DNA of 64,000 nucleotides from Candidatus Heimdallarchaeota archaeon (GTDB lineage: Archaea > Asgardarchaeota > Heimdallarchaeia > Hodarchaeales > Hodarchaeaceae), in the NCBI GenBank assembly GCA_011364965.1, contig RDOB01000004.1, positions 64,001 through 128,000 on the forward strand, written 5' to 3'. The notes under the pieces are model-generated. The model ran no database searches. It saw only the letters and a program-made list of their open reading frames with translations, and was not told the DNA's origin. Positions 9,110 through 17,942 of the stretch are shown in pieces. Positions within the stretch are counted from its first letter, which is position 1; each line of letters opens with the position of its first letter. The translations under genes and the position numbers were made by a program.

Positions 9110-10969
9110 CTAATCATCATCTACAATTTCGTAGTCGACATCCACAACTTCGGACTCCTCAGTTCCAGGTGTTCCTGCTTGAAAACCTGGACCTCCAGGT
9201 GCGCCTTGGAAACCTCCTGTCGGACCAGATTGTTGAGCTTGAGAAGCGTATAGTTTCTGAGCAAGCTCATGAGTGATTTTCTCAAGTTCCTCAGTCTTCT
9301 TATTTATCTCATCAACAGAACCAGTTGATAATATACCCTTTAGGGATTTAATCAAATTCTCTGCTTTTGATTTAGTTCCTGCATCAACTTGATTTCCAAG
9401 ATCTTTGATCATTTTCTCTGTTTGATAAATCAAGGAATCTGCTTTATTACGAGCCTCAGCTTCAGCAAGCCGTTTTGAATCTTCATTTTCGTATTGTTTT
9501 GCTTCATCGACCATTCTCTGGAAATCTTTCGCTGATAACCCACTATCACTTTTAATTGTTATTTTCTGCTCATTTCCTGTACCTAAATCTTTTGCAGAGA
9601 CATTAACTATACCATTTGCATCAATATCAAATGTAACTTCAATCTGAGGAACCCCACGAGGAGCAGGAGGGATTCCCACTAGTTGAAAACGTCCCAAGGT
9701 GATATTACCAGCAGCCATTTTTCTTTCACCTTGTAAAACATGTATTTCGACTGAGGGTTGGTTATCTGCTGCAGTAGAAAATATCTGGCTCTTTTTAGTT
9801 GGAATTGTAGTATTTCTTTCAATTAACCTAGTAAAAACTTGTCCCAATGTTTCAATACCCAAGGAAAGAGGGGTTACATCAAGTAATAGAACATCCTTTA
9901 CTTCCCCCATTAAAATTGCTGCTTGAACTGCAGCTCCAAGAGCAACACATTCATCGGGATTAATTTCCTTTGTCGGTTCTTTTCCGAAGTAGCTTCTAAG
10001 AGCTGATTGTACTGCAGGAATACGAGTTGACCCTCCAACAAGTAATATTTTATCAATATCTGATGGTTGTAGCTTAGCATCGGCCATTGCTTGACGCGTT
10101 GGACCCATAGCTGCCTCAATTAGGTCAGCAATCATTATTTCAAACTTTGATCTTGTCAATGTAAGATTCAAATGCTTCGGACCAGTTTGATCTGCGAAAA
10201 TATAGGGCAAATTAATTTCAGCAGATGTTTTTTGAGAGAGTTCAATTTTTGCTTGTTCAGCTGCATCTTTCAAACGTTGCATAGCACTAGGATCTTTTGA
10301 TAAATCTAACCCTGAACTTTTCTTGAATTCTTCAATCATCCAGTCCATGATTCTTTGATCAATATCATCGCCTCCTAACCGATTATTTCCAGAAGTTGCT
10401 TTCACTTCGAAAACACCCTCAGATAGCTCTAGAATTGAAACATCAAAGGTACCTCCACCGAGATCAAACACTAAAATCGTATCTTCTTCTTCTTTATCCA
10501 ATCCATATGCCAAGGATGCACTAGTGGGTTCATTAATAATTCGTAATACATCCAATCCAGCAATTCGACCTGCATCTTTCGTTGCTTGCCTTTGAGCATC
10601 TGAAAAATAAGCAGGAACTGTCACCACTGCTTGTTTTATTGGTTCACCTAGATACGCCTCAGCATCCCTTTTAAGCTTCTGAAGTATCATTGCGCTGATT
10701 TCAGGGGGTTTGTACACTTTTCCATCGATAGTGACGGTGTAATTTGTACCCATCTCTCTTTTTATTGATCGAATAGTCCTCTCAGGGTTAGAGATAGCTT
10801 GGCGTTTTGCTAAAATCCCAACTACTCTTTCTCCTTCCTTTGTGATAGTAACAACGGAAGGAGTGATTCTTTGTCCTTCTGCATTAGGAATAATTACTGG
10901 TTTTCCACCTTCCATCATTGCGATGGCAGAAAATGTTGTTCCTAGATCTATACCAATTGCTCTAGCCAT
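9110..10969 (-). CDS. dnaK: Chaperone DnaK (Hsp70)
   Basis: [29 protein letters not shown]; ATG at 10969 preceded by AGGTGA. Confidence 0.99.
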   Translation of the reverse strand: MARAIGIDLGTTFSAIAMMEGGKPVIIPNAEGQRITPSVVTITKEGERVVGILAKRQAISNPERTIRSIKREMGTNYTVTIDGKVYKPPEISAMILQKLKRDAEAYLGEPIKQAVVTVPAYFSDAQRQATKDAGRIAGLDVLRIINEPTSASLAYGLDKEEEDTILVFDLGGGTFDVSILELSEGVFEVKATSGNNRLGGDDIDQRIMDWMIEEFKKSSGLDLSKDPSAMQRLKDAAEQAKIELSQKTSAEINLPYIFADQTGPKHLNLTLTRSKFEIMIADLIEAAMGPTRQAMADAKLQPSDIDKILLVGGSTRIPAVQSALRSYFGKEPTKEINPDECVALGAAVQAAILMGEVKDVLLLDVTPLSLGIETLGQVFTRLIERNTTIPTKKSQIFSTAADNQPSVEIHVLQGERKMAAGNITLGRFQLVGIPPAPRGVPQIEVTFDIDANGIVNVSAKDLGTGNEQKITIKSDSGLSAKDFQRMVDEAKQYENEDSKRLAEAEARNKADSLIYQTEKMIKDLGNQVDAGTKSKAENLIKSLKGILSTGSVDEINKKTEELEKITHELAQKLYASQAQQSGPTGGFQGAPGGPGFQAGTPGTEESEVVDVDYEIVDDD

Positions 10970-10979
10970 AATAATCACC

Positions 10980-11624
10980 TTATTCTTTTTTCGCTATAAC
11001 CACTTTTGTTGGTCTTAGTAATTCATCATTTAACATGTATCCAGCCTGAACTTCTTCAATAATTATATCTTCATCTACATTATCGTCTTTTTTTGTATAT
11101 ACAGCTTCATGGTAGTTGGGATCAAATGGTTTCCCCACTGCATTGATTCTTGTAACTCCTTCATTTTTTAATATAGAATCAAAGTGGGTAAAAACCGCTT
11201 TAAATCCATCAACCAATATTTTTTCCTCTGTGGTAGATACAGAGAAAAGAGTAGCATTCGCTCTTTCAAAACTATCTGCCAAATCTATAAGTTTTAGTAA
11301 AAGCTTACGATTCCCTTGTTTCGTTAATCTAGAGAATTCATTTCTATTCCGTTTTTCCAAATTTTCATAATCGGCCAAAGCACGCAAATATCTATCATAT
11401 AATTTAGTATATTCAGTCTCTTTTTCCTCTAGTTTTTCATAAAGCTGTTTTATTTCTTTTAAAGCTTCATTTTCCGAAGATAATGTTGTTTTAGAAGCTA
11501 TTTCATCTTTACCTTTAGATTTGGATGTTTGATCTATTTTCTCAGCTTCTTCGATTTGATAATCGATATCAACGACTTCTGGTTCGCTATTACTTTTTTC
11601 ACGTTTCTGAGCCATTAGAATCAT
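10980..11624 (-). CDS. grpE: Nucleotide exchange factor GrpE (alternative start 11615)
   Basis: [41 protein letters not shown]; directly upstream of dnaK. Confidence 0.96.
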   Translation of the reverse strand: MILMAQKREKSNSEPEVVDIDYQIEEAEKIDQTSKSKGKDEIASKTTLSSENEALKEIKQLYEKLEEKETEYTKLYDRYLRALADYENLEKRNRNEFSRLTKQGNRKLLLKLIDLADSFERANATLFSVSTTEEKILVDGFKAVFTHFDSILKNEGVTRINAVGKPFDPNYHEAVYTKKDDNVDEDIIIEEVQAGYMLNDELLRPTKVVIAKKE

Positions 11625-11625
11625 C

Positions 11626-12363
11626 TCATTTGGTATTTGCGTTCATCGCTGCCTCAAGTTTAGTCATCAGATTTTTTCCTTGTTCAGGTAATAGATTTCT
11701 ATCTTGGAGTCGTTTTAAGGATTCTAAGAGATCTGTACGTCTGGTTTTAATTTCTTTCTCTATCAAATCGACAGTGATAGGTGAAGAGCTTGAATAAATA
11801 GTATATGCAAGCTCTCGATCCTTTCGATGCGCATCCCCGTCCAATTTCATGGAAATAGTTTCATTCAGTTCTCCAGTAATAGACAATTTCCGACTCAAAA
11901 GCATAGTTTCTATTGATTCTAGATGAGTAAGAACTTCATCAAGTTGTTGTATTTTTTGAGCAAAATCCACATCCTTATCTTCAAGAGCTTTCCCTATACT
12001 TAAGGCAAGATCTTGAATTAACAATTCTACAGGATTTTTAGGATTTTTAACGTTAGTTTCCTGATCATCAAGGTTAATTTCAAAAACATCGAAACTAAAT
12101 GCATGCTGACTTAAGGTTACCCGAACAGAAATATTTTTTGATATACTGTAGAGTTTTCTTGCTGGACCTTTAGGACCTGCTTTCCAGTCGTAAGTGATCC
12201 ATCCTTTCTCTAGTAAACATTGGAGATGCCTCTGAAGAGATTGTTGAGATAACTCGATCTCTTGTGAAAGCTGAAAGAGATATTTTGGCTCTTGAGCAAT
12301 AGATCGTAGCAGTGTACGTCGAGTATCATTACTCATTAGCTCAAAAAACTCATTTTCATTCAC
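11626..12363 (-). CDS. ArsR-type wHTH regulator, probable heat-shock regulator leading the dnaK operon
   Basis: MSNDTRRTLL...SQQSLQRHLQCL...GPARKLYSI wHTH followed by a helical region; 1 bp gap to grpE. Confidence 0.82.
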   Translation of the reverse strand: MNENEFFELMSNDTRRTLLRSIAQEPKYLFQLSQEIELSQQSLQRHLQCLLEKGWITYDWKAGPKGPARKLYSISKNISVRVTLSQHAFSFDVFEINLDDQETNVKNPKNPVELLIQDLALSIGKALEDKDVDFAQKIQQLDEVLTHLESIETMLLSRKLSITGELNETISMKLDGDAHRKDRELAYTIYSSSSPITVDLIEKEIKTRRTDLLESLKRLQDRNLLPEQGKNLMTKLEAAMNANTK

Positions 12364-12445
12364 GAGAAGGCACTTCTCCCTTGTAAATTAGATTAGGTAT
12401 CTATTTGAGGAAAAAAAAGACATCAGTTTTATAGCTTACTAGTAA

Positions 12446-12467
12446 TTAAGCTGAGTACTCAGCTTAA
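12446..12467. promoter_or_regulatory. Perfect 22-bp palindrome TTAAGCTGAGTACTCAGCTTAA, probable operator
   Basis: Exact self-reverse-complement; lies just upstream of a TATA-like CTATAAAA (minus strand, 12434-12427) of the heat-shock operon. Confidence 0.65.
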
Positions 12468-12502
12468 ATGTTAATTAATACATTCATGCTGGAAATTATA
12501 CG

Positions 12503-12511
12503 AAAAAAAAA
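12503..12511 (-). terminator. Oligo-T terminator
   Basis: T9 on the minus strand immediately after the stop of 12512..13468. Confidence 0.5.
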
Positions 12512-13468
12512 CTATTCCTCTTCGTCTAAGATCATCTCAGAACCCAAAAAGTCAGGATTTTGAGTCATCATGATCCGCATTTCTTCGATTGATAATGTTT
12601 TCTTTTTCTTTTGACTTAATTTCTCTTTGATAATTGCGCTCTGTTCTTCTATCATTTCAGCAGTGGCACGGTCTCGCTGAATCTGTACTTTTTCTTTTTG
12701 AATTCGACTCTGTTCCTTAAAAATGCCTGATTTTTCGCGAAGGGATTTGTTAATCCCTCTGAATTCTTCTCTTAATTGGCGAATTTCCTCTGCTTTTTCA
12801 ATGAACTCCTTGTGTCGTCTATCTGCCTCATCCTTGGCATGTTTTCCTGTTTCGTATAATTCAGTCAAATCTTGATGGAACTTTTGAGATTTTTCAACTA
12901 ATTCGGAGAAATCCTTCCAGGAATGATCAAGGAAACCCCGTAAATTATTAATTTCGCGGTTAAGTTCGCGTCGAGATTTCAATTTTTCCTCTGAAACAGA
13001 GATTTCTCCTAATTGATTCATCAAGGAATTCACTTGTTCAGTTATTTGTCTTTCTTCTGCAATTCCCATTGTCGGAGTGGTTTGAAGCTTCCAATCGAGA
13101 TTTTCTATTCGCTTTCGTATTTGGTGGGACTGACGAATTTCCTTTTCATCAATTTCAAGAGATTTAATTTCTTCATTTAAAGATTGGGCTTTTTGAATTG
13201 CTTCTTTCATCTCTTCCAAAACACTACGTCGAACCATTTTTAATTCTTGAATTGCACGGTTATTTTTGTCTCGTGCTTCTTTTAATTCTCTAACCTGCAC
13301 GAAATTTTCTGAAGCAACTTTATTCAATTCATCCCTTTCTGAACGACACTGGTTCCGTTCTTTCTCAAGTCGACGGAGTTGGACAAGCAACTCAGATTTG
13401 CGGTTCCGAAGTTGAACTATTTCATCTTTTAATGTCCTAAGATCATGAACCTCAAAGGCCTTCGCCAT
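12512..13468 (-). CDS. Conserved archaeal long coiled-coil protein (COG1340-like)
   Basis: Continuous heptads, RDELN, IENLDWKLQT and EAD..H..F motifs. Confidence 0.8.
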   Translation of the reverse strand: MAKAFEVHDLRTLKDEIVQLRNRKSELLVQLRRLEKERNQCRSERDELNKVASENFVQVRELKEARDKNNRAIQELKMVRRSVLEEMKEAIQKAQSLNEEIKSLEIDEKEIRQSHQIRKRIENLDWKLQTTPTMGIAEERQITEQVNSLMNQLGEISVSEEKLKSRRELNREINNLRGFLDHSWKDFSELVEKSQKFHQDLTELYETGKHAKDEADRRHKEFIEKAEEIRQLREEFRGINKSLREKSGIFKEQSRIQKEKVQIQRDRATAEMIEEQSAIIKEKLSQKKKKTLSIEEMRIMMTQNPDFLGSEMILDEEE

Positions 13469-13674
13469 ATATTACACCTTTAGGAATTAAACCCTCATCA
13501 CTCTATATAGGTATGAGAGGAGTGTTAAAAAAACCCATCTAATTGCGTACTAAGAAAAAAAGCCTCAATTTATATTTTCTTTGATAATTATTATTCGTAG
13601 GAAGATGCAATATTTCTAGATGCAGTCAAGAAAATTCTTGAAAGCTTAGTCTAGGTGGTATAATTAGGACAAAA

Positions 13675-14394
13675 ATGAAAATAAACAGATCAGCAGTCAT
13701 CTTTGACCTTGATGGGACGTTAATTGACTCCATGAGAAATTTCTATTTAATGGTTCAAGAAGGTTTAGAAAAAAGAGGAATAAATACCAAAGAAAAACTA
13801 ACATCTGACCTCGGTACAGAATTAATTAAAGATTCAGAGGCAAATCAAGCAAAAAGACCAGGTATAACTTTAATTCCAAGGCTATTTTGGAAAGTAGGAC
13901 GTAAAACAGGCCTTTCTTGGATCAAAACCATCTTATTTACTTTTGAATGTGTTCGAAAAGCACGCAAAGTGTACTATGAGGCTCCTCTTTTTCCAGATAC
14001 AATCGAATCATTGAAGAAGTTGAAAGAAGCAGGATATGAGCTAGGGATTTATACTATGGCCTCTCGAAAGCAAACAAATGTGACAATGGAAAAATATAAT
14101 TTATTTGAGTACTTTGATTCTTCAGCGATTATCTCCAGAGACGATGTTTCTTACATAAAACCTCATCCTGAGGGAGTCATTCTTGCACTTAAAGGATGTT
14201 CTGTTGATCCTGAAAATGGAATCTATATAGGGGACCTACCTGCAGACATTGCATCAGGGGAAAGAGCAGGTACAAAAACTATTGCACTAACCACTGGTTT
14301 AGTGGATTATAAAACATTTACCCAAGTAAGTAATCCTTCCATTATTCTCAATTCTCTTCAAGAGGCATCAGAATGGATCCTAAATGAGGGATGA
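13675..14394 (+). CDS. HAD-superfamily phosphatase (Gph-like)
   Basis: FDLDGTLIDS, KPHPEG, YIGD...D. Confidence 0.92.
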   Translation: MKINRSAVIFDLDGTLIDSMRNFYLMVQEGLEKRGINTKEKLTSDLGTELIKDSEANQAKRPGITLIPRLFWKVGRKTGLSWIKTILFTFECVRKARKVYYEAPLFPDTIESLKKLKEAGYELGIYTMASRKQTNVTMEKYNLFEYFDSSAIISRDDVSYIKPHPEGVILALKGCSVDPENGIYIGDLPADIASGERAGTKTIALTTGLVDYKTFTQVSNPSIILNSLQEASEWILNEG

Positions 14395-14534
14395 TTCATT
14401 TTACATTAATAGAATATACTTCAGACCACCGAAGAATAATTATTTCTGTACGGGTTTTTTCAAAAATGATTCATTTGCCTTCAAAAAATGCTCATTTCAT
14501 TTTAGAGGCAGAATATGACTAAGAGGTATGAAAA

Positions 14535-15584
14535 ATGACTAATTCTTCCTTGGAAAAAGTATTTGCTCACATGAGTAAACTAGGAAAGACCGTTGAAGAA
14601 AAAATGATCCAATTTTTACTAAAAGATATTCATCCAAATTTTGCGGAGTTAATTACATGGCAAACAAAAACAGGTGGAAAGAGACTACGACCAGCATTAA
14701 CAATTCTTTTTGCCCAAGCTTGTGGATCAGATGAAAATGATCCAGAAACATTAGCTGCTGCTGCAGGAATAGAACTTATACATACTTACTCCCTCATATT
14801 GGATGATATTATTGACCGAGGAGATATTAGAAGGGGGAAATCAACCACAAGAGCAAAGTATGGAGATGAGTTTGCAATTTTAAGCGCAATTATCCATCGA
14901 GAAGCTGTATATGAGGCAGCTAGAGCAACAGGTAAATATCTGGGGGATACCTTAGGGATTTATACAAATGCAATAAGACGGTTAACTGAAGGAGAACGTC
15001 TTGATATTCTCTTCGAACAGAAAGGAGAAAGAGAGAACGAATACTTTTTAACTCATCGATTTAAAGAAGTGGGTCTTAAAGATTATCGTAGAATGATTGC
15101 AGGTAAAACAGCCTCATTAATTGCAGCAGCATGCAAATTAGGAGCATTAGTGGGCGGTGCATCTTTGGAAGAGCAGGCCTGTGCTGAAAAATATGGTTGG
15201 TCAGCAGGAATCGCGTTTCAACTGGCTGATGATTATCTAGATATTTTTGCTGTCTCGGAGGAGTTTGGTAAAGAAGTTTATAAAGACATCATAGAACGAA
15301 AGTTAGGAAACTTTGTGATAGTAGAAGCTCTTAGACTTTTGGTACCTTCAGAAGCAAAAAAATTATCTGGATATATTACTGATGAAAATTTGAGCGATGA
15401 AGAAAGAATTGAGAAGTGCATTCCGTTAATAGATAAATCCAAAGCGAAAGAAGAGGTTATGAAAGAAGCAGAAAAATGGGCACAAAAAGCTATTATGACA
15501 CTAGAAACAGTAGAATTTAAAAACGAAGATATAAAAGATATGCTAGTAAGCATAGCTCAGTTCTCAGTCAGGCGTGCTTTCTAA
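14535..15584 (+). CDS. idsA: Geranylgeranyl diphosphate synthase
   Basis: GGKRLRP, FARM DDIID preceded by Tyr, GKT, SARM DDYLD. Confidence 0.88.
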   Translation: MTNSSLEKVFAHMSKLGKTVEEKMIQFLLKDIHPNFAELITWQTKTGGKRLRPALTILFAQACGSDENDPETLAAAAGIELIHTYSLILDDIIDRGDIRRGKSTTRAKYGDEFAILSAIIHREAVYEAARATGKYLGDTLGIYTNAIRRLTEGERLDILFEQKGERENEYFLTHRFKEVGLKDYRRMIAGKTASLIAAACKLGALVGGASLEEQACAEKYGWSAGIAFQLADDYLDIFAVSEEFGKEVYKDIIERKLGNFVIVEALRLLVPSEAKKLSGYITDENLSDEERIEKCIPLIDKSKAKEEVMKEAEKWAQKAIMTLETVEFKNEDIKDMLVSIAQFSVRRAF

Positions 15585-15621
15585 TGGGCAACCAAATTCC
15601 TCCCCTTTTCAATTCCTTAAA

Positions 15622-16215
15622 CTATCGCTCGCGCATTTCTTCTAGCGCTTTTAATTCCTCAAGACCTGATGGAAGTACTTCTTCTAATTCTTTAATTTTA
15701 GCTTTTAAAAATTCTATAGTTTGCTGATTCTCTTTTTGAGCTAGTTCTTTTCCGCACGTTGTGCAAATGAAACCCAATTCAAACGCATCTGAAAAAGTTA
15801 CTGGAGTATGACCTTCATCACAGACATACAGCAGATTCCGTTGCTCATAATCAAGTCTCTGACGAAGTTTCTTAAGTGAAAGCTTCCTGCGACTTATAAT
15901 TAGATCCCGAATTCGTTCCCAGATAGGTGACCAATAGTAAACAAAGTACCCAGTTTCTTTATCTCTAACCCGACGATATCTTGCCAAGGATCGTTCATTT
16001 AATTGATATAAAGACTTTCTGACCATTTTTAACGCGATTCTTGAAGATTCTTTTTCTTCAGCTTCATTTTCCTGAGGTTCTCCGAGATCAGCATTAAGAA
16101 TATTGACAATTTCTTCATCAATAATTTCTTTGTGGTCTAGTAGAGTATTGAGTACCCTTACAGTGATTTCATCTGTTAATTTCAAAATTATATCGTCAAT
16201 TTGAGGAAAACTCAT
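15622..16215 (-). CDS. tfe: Transcription factor E (TFIIE-alpha)
   Basis: wHTH VRKSLYQL, RDKETGYFVYYW, zinc ribbon C-x3-H...F-x-C-xx-C-G. Confidence 0.95.
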   Translation of the reverse strand: MSFPQIDDIILKLTDEITVRVLNTLLDHKEIIDEEIVNILNADLGEPQENEAEEKESSRIALKMVRKSLYQLNERSLARYRRVRDKETGYFVYYWSPIWERIRDLIISRRKLSLKKLRQRLDYEQRNLLYVCDEGHTPVTFSDAFELGFICTTCGKELAQKENQQTIEFLKAKIKELEEVLPSGLEELKALEEMRER

Positions 16216-16302
16216 GCTACATACCCAAAACTATCAAAAGTATCAGAATTACACAATTCTACATTAGTTTTTCTATACAAGAGGGTGAATTTGAGGTTAA
16301 AG

Positions 16303-16776
16303 TTAGAAATTTTCGAGCTCTTTTAACGCGGCCATGATCGATTGGGATTCTGGCTTTTTTATTTTTACTGCAGAGGGCTCTGATAGCTTATCCATTAGTG
16401 TAGATAGGGTGCCAGAGGTTTCTTTCATTCTAACTCTGATTAAACCAAGTTGGGCGTCACCTTCTGCAACCACAACTAGTACTCCTCTCTCTCCGCTTTG
16501 AGCTGTTAAAATTTTCCCATCTGTAAACTCAGCAAGCATCAATCCGAGTTCCCCTAATGTTAGCGCACTTCCTTGTTCTGCTGCTCCACAGAAAACGGCG
16601 GATGCTATGGCTCCTATGCTTTCAAGATCAAACGCACCCATAGTTTCAGAAACTAATAACCTAGAAGCTCGGGCGATAGTTAAACCGGTTCGATCTCCTA
16701 ATAAAGTAACTTTGATCGAGGTATCACTCTTCAAAAGTTTTGTCAGTTCTTTGTGAATTGCGTCTCTTTGTTGCAT
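16303..16776 (-). CDS. Roadblock/LC7 (MglB-like) protein
   Basis: DRTGLTIA, IGAIASAVF, AQLGLIRVRM; ATG at 16776 chosen over TTG at 16791. Confidence 0.88.
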   Translation of the reverse strand: MQQRDAIHKELTKLLKSDTSIKVTLLGDRTGLTIARASRLLVSETMGAFDLESIGAIASAVFCGAAEQGSALTLGELGLMLAEFTDGKILTAQSGERGVLVVVAEGDAQLGLIRVRMKETSGTLSTLMDKLSEPSAVKIKKPESQSIMAALKELENF

Positions 16777-17035
16777 CGAATAAACACCCAAATCCGCATT
16801 ACTTAGTATTCGCTCTGCTACTTAAATGATTTTACCTTGTAATAGTTTAAGTAGTTTTTCAAATAGGGTCTCAACCTTATCCTCATTTTGAATTTTTTGT
16901 TTAGAAATTATTCCTCCAAAATTCTACTGTTAATCTATAAGGAATGATGATATAGATGCCAAGGAAGTACTTTAAACTTTCCCTTTTCAGACGGATTAAT
17001 TCTATAAATCGTTTTCCATTATTAATCTTTAATAA

Positions 17036-17752
17036 TTAAAGTACAATAATTACAATTACCAGTGCGATGACTGATCCTGCAAGTAATGCTAGCAATGTCC
17101 GATTTTGTGTTAACTTTCTTGAAATTTTGATTAGAGTTGCTTGAACATTCTTTAATTTATCATCTACTGCCGTGATTTTCGTATCAATTTTATCAATTTT
17201 AACTCCCTGTTCATCTAACCTTTGTGTTAATGTGGCTAGATTCTGGGAAATTTGTTGGATTTGATTATTCATCTGATCCATAGAGGTTAGGAATGAATTT
17301 TCTAGGATTTGTAATCTTTCTTCAAGTGTACCTACATTTTGAGAGGTGATAGCTTCCCCTGGATAAGCAATTTCATAGATCCGATTACCGAGATGAGTTT
17401 CTGGAGGACTAGCTTTTAGATCCATAGTTTCGATTGAACTTCCGATTCCACTCAACGTTTCTCTTAGATGACGCATTTTTTGTTTCGTAGTCAGAATTTC
17501 TTTTATTTTCTCATTTTGACGCTTAATTTGCACAGGTTGTAAGAATTTTGGCAAAGAAGAAGCAATTTTGGTAGAGAGGGATCTCTGTTTAATAACTTGG
17601 TCTGAATATCCAGAATGCATGTCATCAGCCATATCTTCCATTGTTTCCAATATTGTATCCAAATCCCCAATGAAATCCATGATCATTTCCTTTTCAGTTG
17701 GCTCAGATGGCTTTTTTAACCATTTTTCCAAACGCTTAGTTATCACAGACAT
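17036..17752 (-). CDS. Tail-anchored Q-SNARE-like protein
   Basis: Heptad layers M158-I210 around central Q182 (EQG), followed by a C-terminal TM helix with no outer tail. Confidence 0.78.
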   Translation of the reverse strand: MSVITKRLEKWLKKPSEPTEKEMIMDFIGDLDTILETMEDMADDMHSGYSDQVIKQRSLSTKIASSLPKFLQPVQIKRQNEKIKEILTTKQKMRHLRETLSGIGSSIETMDLKASPPETHLGNRIYEIAYPGEAITSQNVGTLEERLQILENSFLTSMDQMNNQIQQISQNLATLTQRLDEQGVKIDKIDTKITAVDDKLKNVQATLIKISRKLTQNRTLLALLAGSVIALVIVIIVL

Positions 17753-17942
17753 ATTTCTTACCCGATCTTATGATTCAGTTTGCTGTATTCTATCTGTCCA
17801 TCTGCATTTTTTAAGATATGCTAAACTGCCCTCTTTTCTATTTTTAGCTGTTATTTCCATTAAATGAATTAATACCAAAATTTTGATATTTAAAGAAAAT
17901 GAAAGATAGGAAAAATATAATTTTTTATAGGAATGACTCTAC

